Shown piece by piece: positions 18,265-25,474 of a DNA stretch of 55,008 nucleotides. The stretch is taken from the NCBI GenBank assembly GCA_943350875.1, contig CALRAL010000004.1, forward strand, positions 1-55,008, given 5' to 3'. A program made the translations under genes and the position numbers. Within the stretch, counting starts at the first letter, position 1; each line of letters opens with the position of its first letter. The notes below the pieces were generated by a model. The model did no database searches. It worked only from the letters and a program-made list of their open reading frames with translations, and was not told the DNA's origin. Source of the stretch: Candidatus Nomurabacteria bacterium. GTDB taxonomy: Bacteria; Patescibacteriota; Minisyncoccia; Phycocordibacterales; UBA9973.

Positions 18265-18906
18265 ATGTCGTTAAATGCAAAAGCAACTCAAGAGTTTGTC
18301 CCAATCAAGGAAGTCCGTGATGGTATCATTGTATTAAAAGATGGAAATTTACGTTCCATAGTCTTGGCAAATTCTACAAACCTCTCCTTAAAATCAAACG
18401 ATGAACAAAGAGCCACCATTATGCAATTCCAGAACTTCTTGAATACCTTAGACTTCCCAGTACAAATATCAGTTCAATCAAGAAAATTGGACATTAGGCC
18501 TTATATTTTGCTTTTGGAAAACAGAATGGCGGTACAAAATGAACCATTACTTAAATTGCAAACAAAAGAATATATAGAATTTATCAAAAATTTTACAGAA
18601 ACAGTGAGCATAATGACAAAAAGTTTCTTTGTGGTTGTGCCTTATACTCATACGACATTGAAATCAGATTCTGGAATTTTTAAAAGATTTTTCTCAAAGA
18701 AAGACAATATTGAAGAAAAATTGCGAGAACAGACGGACTTTGAAGAAAAAAGGTCTCAACTGGAACAGAGGGTGAGTGTCATACAGCAAGGACTCAGTCG
18801 TTGTGGCATAAAATCAGCCCAATTAGGGACAGAGGAGATAGTGGAAGTACTTTATAAAGTATTTAATCCGGGAGAATTAGAAGGTAAGATTGACATTAGT
18901 AGTTGA
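18265..18906 (+). CDS. VirB4/PrgJ N-terminal-domain-like protein (stand-alone ORF)
   Basis: TQEFVPIKEVRDGIIVLKDGNLRSIVLANSTNLSLKSNDEQRATIMQFQNFLNTLDFPVQI resembles the N-terminus of Gram-positive conjugative VirB4 ATPases. It is in the same frame as the following ATPase ORF. Confidence 0.5.
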   Translation: MSLNAKATQEFVPIKEVRDGIIVLKDGNLRSIVLANSTNLSLKSNDEQRATIMQFQNFLNTLDFPVQISVQSRKLDIRPYILLLENRMAVQNEPLLKLQTKEYIEFIKNFTETVSIMTKSFFVVVPYTHTTLKSDSGIFKRFFSKKDNIEEKLREQTDFEEKRSQLEQRVSVIQQGLSRCGIKSAQLGTEEIVEVLYKVFNPGELEGKIDISS

Positions 18907-18927
18907 AAGTGAAAAGTTATAAAGTTT

Positions 18928-20781
18928 ATGAGTATTTTTGATAAATTATTTGGTAAAAAAGAAAAAGTAGAAGATGGAGAAAGGGGAGCAAAGGCCTCTG
19001 TTTTGGCAGTGTTACCAGAAGAGATATATGAATCAGCTACCCTTGAGCTCCAAGACGTCATTGCTCCATCAGCCCTCAAAATAGAACCAAAATCAATAAG
19101 TTTGGGAGACAAGATAGCTCGTACTTTTTTTATAATATCTTATCCAAAATTTTTGAGCGACAACTGGTTCTCGCCAATCATCAATTTAGATAAAGTTTTC
19201 GATGTTTCAATATACATTAGCCCCATAGACACATCGCTCGCCCTCCGCCAATTCCAAAAAAAGGTAGCTGAAGTACAAAGCCAGATAAATGCTCGTCAAT
19301 CAAAAGGCATGGTGCGGGATCCAATGCTTGACACCGCCTATCAAGATCTAGAAGGACTCCGCGACAACCTAATCCAAGCCCAAGAAAAGATGTTTGATGT
19401 GGGAATATACATCACCATCTATGCGGACAATGATTTGGAACTTTTCAAAGTGGAAAATGAGATAAAATCAATTTTGGAATCAAAGCTCATATACATCAAG
19501 CCTGCTCTTTTCCAACAAGAAGAAGGTTTTAAAAGCATCATCCCTATCGGCACAGACCTTATAAATATCAATCAGAAATTGAATTCTGAACCTCTCTCAA
19601 GCGTATTCCCATTTATATCTTTCGATCTGACTTCAGACAGGGGAATACTTTATGGCATAAACAGACACAATTCTTCTTTGGTTATTTTCGACAGATTTTC
19701 GTTGGAAAATTACAATTCCGTCACCTTTGCAAAGTCTGGTAGTGGTAAATCTTACTGCACAAAACTAGAAATCTTGCGTTCGCTGATGTTTGACATAGAT
19801 GTCATAGTCATAGATCCAGAAAAAGAATACGAATACTTGTCTGAAGCAGTGGGTGGACGATATTTCAATATCTCACTTTCTTCAGATCACCACATCAATC
19901 CGTTTGACCTGCCAATGCCGAGGGAAGATGAGACAGCCGAAGACGTGCTCCGTTCAAATACCATAAACCTAGTCGGACTTTTCAGACTAATGTTGGGAGG
20001 GCTCACTCCTGAAGAAGACTCAATAGTGGACAGAGCCATCTCTGAAACTTATGCCATCAAAGACATCACCCCTGAATCAGATTTTTCAAATATTGAACCG
20101 CCCCTCCTTTCAGATTTCGAAATGGTATTGCAGGGGATGGAAGGTAGTGATTCTCTAGTGCAAAGACTTGTAAAATATACGAGGGGAACTTGGGCCACAT
20201 TCTTAAACAGACCATCCAATGTGGATATAAACAAAAAGTTCATCGTGTTCTCTATCCGCGATATGGAAGACGAATTAAAACCGGTTGCTATGTACATAAT
20301 AATGCACTTCATTTGGAATGCTATCCGCAAGAATTTAAAAAAACGCCTACTCGTCGTGGATGAGGCTTGGTGGATGATGAAATCAGAGGACACTGCTTCA
20401 TTCCTATATTCTATTGCCAAAAGAGGTAGAAAATACTTCCTAGGGCTTGCAACTATTACCCAAGACGCGGCGGACTTTATGAAAAGCCCTTATGGAGTAC
20501 CAATTGTCACGAACTCTTCTATCCAAATACTTTTAAAACAATCTCCATCAACCATAGATGTGTTGCAGAAAACTTTCAACCTTACAGACGAAGAAAAATA
20601 TCTGCTTCTGGAGTCTGGAGTGGGGGAGGGCATATTCTTTGCTGGATTGAAACATGTCGCTATCAAAGTCATCTCTTCTTATACCGAAGACCAGATCATC
20701 ACTTCTGATCCATCTCAAATATTATCCATCAAGAAAGCTAAAAACGATTTGGAAGAAGCCGAAGCCCAAAAGAAAGGTTAG
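18928..20781 (+). CDS. virB4: VirB4-family T4SS ATPase (C-terminal NTPase portion)
   Basis: Walker A FAKSGSGKSY and Walker B LLVVDEAWWMM. The conserved GLATITQD block follows. Confidence 0.8.
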   Translation: MSIFDKLFGKKEKVEDGERGAKASVLAVLPEEIYESATLELQDVIAPSALKIEPKSISLGDKIARTFFIISYPKFLSDNWFSPIINLDKVFDVSIYISPIDTSLALRQFQKKVAEVQSQINARQSKGMVRDPMLDTAYQDLEGLRDNLIQAQEKMFDVGIYITIYADNDLELFKVENEIKSILESKLIYIKPALFQQEEGFKSIIPIGTDLININQKLNSEPLSSVFPFISFDLTSDRGILYGINRHNSSLVIFDRFSLENYNSVTFAKSGSGKSYCTKLEILRSLMFDIDVIVIDPEKEYEYLSEAVGGRYFNISLSSDHHINPFDLPMPREDETAEDVLRSNTINLVGLFRLMLGGLTPEEDSIVDRAISETYAIKDITPESDFSNIEPPLLSDFEMVLQGMEGSDSLVQRLVKYTRGTWATFLNRPSNVDINKKFIVFSIRDMEDELKPVAMYIIMHFIWNAIRKNLKKRLLVVDEAWWMMKSEDTASFLYSIAKRGRKYFLGLATITQDAADFMKSPYGVPIVTNSSIQILLKQSPSTIDVLQKTFNLTDEEKYLLLESGVGEGIFFAGLKHVAIKVISSYTEDQIITSDPSQILSIKKAKNDLEEAEAQKKG

Positions 20782-20806
20782 AAGAGAGTTAGAAAGCTAA
20801 CGTAGA

Positions 20807-21805
20807 ATGTTATATAATAGAAATATGATAAAAAAATACTTAATTTTATGTCTAATATTCGCAAGTATTTCTTTTGCTACTGTAGCTTATGCGCAAGTGA
20901 GAGATGGCGACATATCTTTAAATATTTCCCCAGCGAATCCAAACCCAAATGAAAACGTCACAGCTACTCTAAACAGCTACGTCATCACTCTCGACAATGC
21001 GAATATCTCTTGGTCTGTAGAGGGCCAAGAGATGTCTTCTGGCATAGGTAAAAAGAGCTTTTCCTTTAATTCTGGGAGTCTCGGATCTCAACTAAACCTG
21101 ACAGCAACCATAAACACTGTGGATGGCCAAACCATCACCAAGAGTGTGACCATCACCCCTGCAGGATTGGACATCCTCTGGGAAGGGGTAGATTCATATA
21201 CTCCTCCGTTTTATAAAGGTAAAACATTGGTGGCTAATCAAGGGGCTTTCAAAGTCGTAGCTATGCCAACTTTGAACATGCTAGGCGGGAGAGTGAGCCC
21301 AAACAACCTTTCCTATAAATGGGGCAAGGATGGCAGTGGGGCTCCAAATGCTTCCGGCTGGGGCAAGAGTTATTATATTTTCCGCAATAGCTACTTAGAC
21401 CGAGAGAATGAGGTGGAAGTGGAAGTAAAAGACATCCTAGGCAGTACCAGCGCCACAGGGAAGATAGATTTACAGACAGTGGATCCGAAAATAGTATTCT
21501 ACAAGAAAAGTCCGCTCACCGGCACAAGATTAGAAAACAGCATCAAAGACGGAGCTTTCATAAATGGGAGCGGGGAGACACTCGTAGCTGTGCCATACTT
21601 CTTCTCACCTAAAAACATAGCTAGGCCAGAGCTCACTTTTGATTGGCTTTTAAATAATCAAAAAGTGGAAACTCCAGATTCCAAAAATACGCTCTCAATC
21701 AAGACAGAAAATGGAGAATCCGGAACTGCAAGGATAAAAGTGGTGATTAATAACATCAACACACTTTTCCAAAGTATGGAAAAAGAAATAAATGTCAGTT
21801 TTTAA
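20807..21805 (+). CDS. Secreted beta-rich hypothetical protein. An alternative ATG start lies at 20825.
   Basis: Signal peptide MIKKYLILCLIFASISFATVAYAQ. The last codons (MEKEINVSF-stop) lie in the 39-bp duplicated segment. Confidence 0.6.
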   Translation: MLYNRNMIKKYLILCLIFASISFATVAYAQVRDGDISLNISPANPNPNENVTATLNSYVITLDNANISWSVEGQEMSSGIGKKSFSFNSGSLGSQLNLTATINTVDGQTITKSVTITPAGLDILWEGVDSYTPPFYKGKTLVANQGAFKVVAMPTLNMLGGRVSPNNLSYKWGKDGSGAPNASGWGKSYYIFRNSYLDRENEVEVEVKDILGSTSATGKIDLQTVDPKIVFYKKSPLTGTRLENSIKDGAFINGSGETLVAVPYFFSPKNIARPELTFDWLLNNQKVETPDSKNTLSIKTENGESGTARIKVVINNINTLFQSMEKEINVSF

Positions 21806-21814
21806 GAAATACAA
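21776..21814 (+). repeat. Left copy of the 39-bp direct repeat flanking the BrnTA cassette
   Basis: atggaaaaagaaataaatgtcagtttttaagaaatacaa, identical to 22488-22526. Confidence 0.9.
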
Positions 21815-21832
21815 AAATGTGGATAATTAAAC

Positions 21833-21861
21833 TTGACAATGTATATACATGACGCTACAAT
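21833..21861 (+). promoter_or_regulatory. Consensus sigma70-like promoter motif at the left end of the cassette
   Basis: TTGACA (21833-21838), a 17-nt spacer, then TACAAT (21856-21861). It overlaps the only in-frame ATG/TTG starts of brnT, so either the motif or the start assignment is uncertain. Confidence 0.3.
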
Positions 21862-22162
21862 TAAAAATGAAGGGGGTCGAATAATTAAAAAAGTTGTTGG
21901 TTTTGAATGGGATAATGGAAATAAAGGGAAAAACCTTTTAAAACATCAAATAAAAAACGAGGAGTGTGAGGAAGTTTTCTTTGATCAAAACAAGAAGATT
22001 TTAAAAGACAATATTCACTCTATTAAAGAAGAACGTTATATACTGCTAGGGAAGACAAAAAAACAAAAATTAATTTTCTTAGTTTTCACCATCAGAAAAA
22101 ACCAAATAAGGGTAATCTCAGCTAGAGATCTTAATAAAAAAGAATATAAATTATATGAATAA
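21839..22162 (+). CDS. brnT: BrnT-family (DUF497) toxin
   Basis: GFEWDNGNKGKNLLKHQIKNEECEEVF...RYILLGKT...LVFTIRKNQIRVISARDLNKKE matches the DUF497 pattern. Overlaps brnA by 8 nt. The start is uncertain (TTG 21833 or ATG 21839). Confidence 0.75.
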   Translation: MYIHDATIKNEGGRIIKKVVGFEWDNGNKGKNLLKHQIKNEECEEVFFDQNKKILKDNIHSIKEERYILLGKTKKQKLIFLVFTIRKNQIRVISARDLNKKEYKLYE

Positions 22163-22415
22163 AAAAATTCCAAAATTTAAAAACGAAGCTAAAGAAAGAG
22201 ATTTTTGGTTAAAATTAGATCTGTCCAAGCATTTTAAACGATCTGATTTTGAGAAAGTGTCATTTCCTAATTTGAAACCATCTTCTCAGCCCATTTCATT
22301 GCGTCTGCCATCGCATCTTATTGTCCGAGTAAAAGAACATGCCAACGAGCTTGATATGCCTTATCAATCATTGATGAAGAAATATATCGCGCAAGGTATT
22401 TTATCAGAGGTGTAA
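22155..22415 (+). CDS. brnA: BrnA-type antitoxin (CopG/RHH-like C-terminus)
   Basis: EAKERDFW...ISLRLPSHLIVRVKEHANELDMPYQSLMKKYIAQGI is the typical BrnA_antitoxin pattern. Paired with brnT. Confidence 0.7.
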   Translation: MNKKIPKFKNEAKERDFWLKLDLSKHFKRSDFEKVSFPNLKPSSQPISLRLPSHLIVRVKEHANELDMPYQSLMKKYIAQGILSEV

Positions 22416-22425
22416 AAGCTGAGGT

Positions 22426-22442
22426 GGTGACAAATTGTCACC
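22426..22442. repeat. 17-nt perfect palindrome near the right end of the cassette
   Basis: GGTGACA-aat-TGTCACC. Same GGTNNCA..TGNNACC pattern as the ORF6N internal units. Confidence 0.8.
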
Positions 22443-22487
22443 AGTTGAAAATGCGAGCAGTAAATTAGTTAAATTAAATTAAACATA

Positions 22488-22526
22488 ATGGAAAAAGAAA
22501 TAAATGTCAGTTTTTAAGAAATACAA
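22488..22526 (+). repeat. Right copy of the 39-bp direct repeat
   Basis: Identical to 21776-21814. Supplies the start codon and first 7 codons of the downstream gene. Confidence 0.9.
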
Positions 22527-23919
22527 GAAAATAGTTTTACCTTTCTTTATACTTTTCGTATTTTTTGGTATTTCACATTATGTAAATGCAATAACATTAT
22601 CTACGATAGGAATAGATGGATCTAATTGGGGGATAAAAGCAACAGCAACAGGTAGTGACATAAGAACATATAATTTTAGTGAGATACCAAGTGTAATTAT
22701 CTATAAAGGAACCAGTATAGTAAAAACACAAAACCTCCCTAACTATGTAAATGACATTGCAAATATATTAATCACAGGTCTAGAAAAAAATACTACATAC
22801 AAAGCAGTTATAAAAAGTAACCCACCTGAACCTGGAGTTCCAATGGAACTTGCTCAGATTGAAAAAACCACAGGGGTAGCAACTCCAAGCCAAGATCCAA
22901 TAATAATAGGTATAACTCCAACTCCTTCAACTCAACCAACTAAAACTTGTTTCCAATGGGATAAAAATCCCAATAATGATACAATTTTAACCCCAGGAAA
23001 ATGGTGGTTCAGTAATTTAACTTCTTCTTATTTATATTTTTGGGGACCATATGACAGTGAAAATAATTGCAAAGATAAACTAAAAGATTTATCTGCTCCA
23101 CCAAAAGATACAGATACTTCATATACTTTACTTGCTCCACTACCTGGATTGGGGCTTGGAGATAATAAACCTTTTGAGACTGATAATAAAAAAAATCCAT
23201 GTGCTTTTGGAAACTATTTGAACATCATGATAAAGCTGATTATAGGTATATGCGCAGTGCTAGCCATGGTGATGATAGTGATGGGGGGGATAGAGTACAT
23301 GACAAGTGAACTCGTCTCTACTAAAGAGCAAGGCAAAGACACCATCACGAACGCCATCCTCGGGCTCGTCATAGCCCTCGGCGTTTTTGTCATATTAAAC
23401 ACCCTAAACCCCGACCTGCTGAAACTGTGTTTAGATAATATGCAACCAGCGACAATAACAATGCTAAGTGAAGAAGATCAACCGCAAACATATGATCTAG
23501 AAACAAAGTTATACCCCAATGGAATTAAGTTTGGTGTAAAATGGGATGATTCAGTTAGTCAAAAAGCAACTTTACCTAACTATGTAAAAATCTCTCCTCT
23601 GAAGGAATGCATAACTGTAGGACAACCAAACTGTACATCAACTAGAGGCTTAAACCCCGACAATGTAAAAACAACACAATGGGGATGCTTGTGTGATTTG
23701 GTAATTACAGGTGGAACAGAATTTTGGTTACATGGTGGTAAAAATGGAAAGACAACTCATAAACTTGATAGCGGAACTGTAGATCTACGTCTTGAAACAA
23801 AATTAAATGATTATATTAATAAATATGGGAAAAAAACTGAAGGAAAATATGGTCCAGTATATACAATAGGTAGTATTTCTTATTTAAAAGAAAATGATCA
23901 TTGGCATGTTTATAATTAA
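22504..23919 (+). CDS. T4SS-pilin-like (TrbC/VirB2-type) protein with an N-terminal extracellular domain and a C-terminal putative LAS/M15 metallopeptidase domain
   Basis: Signal/TM segment at the N-terminus. Pilin-like two-helix hairpin (NPCAFGNYLNIMIKLIIGICAVLAMVMIVMGGIEYMTS...TITNAILGLVIALGVFVILNTL). C-terminal VITGGTE...THKLDSGTVDL...DHWHV resembles the SxHxxGxAxD ... HxH zinc-ligand arrangement. Confidence 0.6.
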   Translation: MSVFKKYKKIVLPFFILFVFFGISHYVNAITLSTIGIDGSNWGIKATATGSDIRTYNFSEIPSVIIYKGTSIVKTQNLPNYVNDIANILITGLEKNTTYKAVIKSNPPEPGVPMELAQIEKTTGVATPSQDPIIIGITPTPSTQPTKTCFQWDKNPNNDTILTPGKWWFSNLTSSYLYFWGPYDSENNCKDKLKDLSAPPKDTDTSYTLLAPLPGLGLGDNKPFETDNKKNPCAFGNYLNIMIKLIIGICAVLAMVMIVMGGIEYMTSELVSTKEQGKDTITNAILGLVIALGVFVILNTLNPDLLKLCLDNMQPATITMLSEEDQPQTYDLETKLYPNGIKFGVKWDDSVSQKATLPNYVKISPLKECITVGQPNCTSTRGLNPDNVKTTQWGCLCDLVITGGTEFWLHGGKNGKTTHKLDSGTVDLRLETKLNDYINKYGKKTEGKYGPVYTIGSISYLKENDHWHVYN

Positions 23920-23925
23920 ATTTTT

Positions 23926-25353
23926 ATGACAACAAGAAATTTAACACTTTTAATAATAATTTTGATCGGAGCGGTTTTGGTGACGCTGGGCTTTTTGTAT
24001 TTTTACAAACCAGCAAACAATGATGGAACAGCTGGAAGCGCTACAAACTTCATCTCACAACTCTTCCCATTTGGTAAAAGTAAAACTGTGACAACTCCTG
24101 GAGGAGAAACTCCGGTAGATGTGTCAGGATTCGTTCCCACCCCAGTAGAGGAAATACCAAAAACAAAAATAACAAAAGTTTCTACTATGCCTATAGCAGG
24201 ATATGGAGTGTTTATGAAGGAAAGGTTTAAAGATGTGCCGGTGGTAGCAAACCCTACCCCAACCCTCCCCTTGTCAGGGGAGGGAGATATTATTAGCCCC
24301 CCTGACAAGGGGGGTAAGGGGGGTTTAATTGCCAAAGGGGATTTAGGGGGTCAGAAGGATAAAAAAGGGAAAGTTATTCCCCAAAAACCCACAGCTCCTC
24401 CTACTGAATTCGTCCCAGCTTTGAGATATGTGGACAGAACAACAGGTAACATTTATCAAACTTACGCAGATAAAATTGAAGAAAGGAAATTCTCTGGCAC
24501 AATCATACCAAAAGTCTATGAAGCATATTTCGGGGACAAAGATGAGTCTGTAGTGATGCGATATTTGAAAGAAGACGATAAAACAATAGAGACTTTCGTC
24601 GGGGCCTTGGCCAAAGAATTCCTAGGAGCAGACTCTGATGGTAGTACAGATGTAAAAGGTTCTTTCTTGCCAGAAAATATCACTGACATGAGCATGTCTC
24701 CAGATGGGAAGAGAATGTTTTATTTATTTAATGTAGGCAATGGTACGACAGGAATAACTGCTGAAGCATCGGGTGGCCAGAAGAACCAGGTTTTCGATTC
24801 GCCATTTACAGAATGGTTGTCCTTTTGGCCAAGCAACAAAATGATTACTCTGACTACCAAACCCTCTGCCAATGTGCCAGGGTTTATGTACGCTATAGAC
24901 CCAGACAAAAAAGATTTTAATAGAATATTAGGAGGAATAAATGGCCTAACCACGCTCACCAGCCCTGATGGTAAGCTAGTATTGTTCGGTAACAATAATT
25001 TATCACTCAATATTTACAACATTGCGACTGGAAACATAAATCAAGTAAGTGTGAAAACACTCCCTGAAAAATGTGTTTGGGGTAGAGCAAGCGACAAAGT
25101 ATACTGTGCAGTACCAAAATCAATTGATGGAGCATCCTACCCAGATGATTGGTATCAAGGAGAAGTTTCATTTGGAGATGAAATATGGAGGATAGATGCC
25201 ATAAATGGCAATGCTGATATTTTAGGAGATCCTAGCTCTATGGTGGGTGGGGAAGAGGTGGATGGCATCAAACTTTCACTAGACGAAAATGAAGATTATC
25301 TATTTTTCGTGAACAAAAAGGATTCTTACCTTTGGAAATTAAACTTAAGGTAG
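23926..25353 (+). CDS. Membrane-anchored protein with TolB-like beta-propeller repeats
   Basis: N-terminal TM segment (LTLLIIILIGAVLVTLGFLYFY). Repeats SPDGKRMFY and SPDGKLVLF are typical of WD40-like beta-propeller (TolB/PD40) repeats. Confidence 0.6.
   Translation: MTTRNLTLLIIILIGAVLVTLGFLYFYKPANNDGTAGSATNFISQLFPFGKSKTVTTPGGETPVDVSGFVPTPVEEIPKTKITKVSTMPIAGYGVFMKERFKDVPVVANPTPTLPLSGEGDIISPPDKGGKGGLIAKGDLGGQKDKKGKVIPQKPTAPPTEFVPALRYVDRTTGNIYQTYADKIEERKFSGTIIPKVYEAYFGDKDESVVMRYLKEDDKTIETFVGALAKEFLGADSDGSTDVKGSFLPENITDMSMSPDGKRMFYLFNVGNGTTGITAEASGGQKNQVFDSPFTEWLSFWPSNKMITLTTKPSANVPGFMYAIDPDKKDFNRILGGINGLTTLTSPDGKLVLFGNNNLSLNIYNIATGNINQVSVKTLPEKCVWGRASDKVYCAVPKSIDGASYPDDWYQGEVSFGDEIWRIDAINGNADILGDPSSMVGGEEVDGIKLSLDENEDYLFFVNKKDSYLWKLNLR
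24259..24351. repeat. Composite C-run/G-run hairpin element in frame in the linker of the TolB-like protein
   Basis: ccaaccctccccTTGTCAggggaggg, a 12-nt spacer, ccccccTGACAAgggggg, then ggggatttaggggg. Homologous to 6071-6132. Encodes PTLPLSGEGDIISPPDKGGKGGLIAKGDLGG. Confidence 0.75.
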
Positions 25354-25448
25354 AGCTTTTTACGGTACGGATTTTTTGAAGCTTAAAAAATCCTGAAGTT
25401 TTCGGCTCGACAGCCTCAAAACCCCTGCAAAAGCTCTACCTTAAGTTT
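25341..25448 (+). repeat. Stop-codon-anchored hairpin element, copy 1: 20-bp perfect inverted repeat clamping a conserved 68-nt core
   Basis: Arms aaacttaaggtagagctttt (25341-25360) and aaaagctctaccttaagttt (25429-25448). The core has hairpins GGATTTTTT-gaagctt-AAAAAATCC and GTTTTC-GGCT-cgac-AGCC-TCAAAAC. Confidence 0.85.
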
Positions 25449-25474
25449 CTTAAAGTTGCTATTCTGAGTATTTT

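Noticed and set aside
18904-18912. Possible UGA reassignment (genetic code 4 or 25), suggested by the in-frame TGA-AAG-TGA between the VirB4 halves
   Set aside because: Long genes throughout the window are intact under the standard code. TGA also terminates unrelated genes, for example at 7580-7582 before the MNT gene. There is no evidence for sense UGA.
21833-21838. TTG at 21833 as the brnT start codon
   Set aside because: This TTG is the first triplet of a perfect TTGACA -35-like hexamer. The ATG at 21839 is more plausible, although even that conflicts with the promoter-like motif, so the start is left uncertain.
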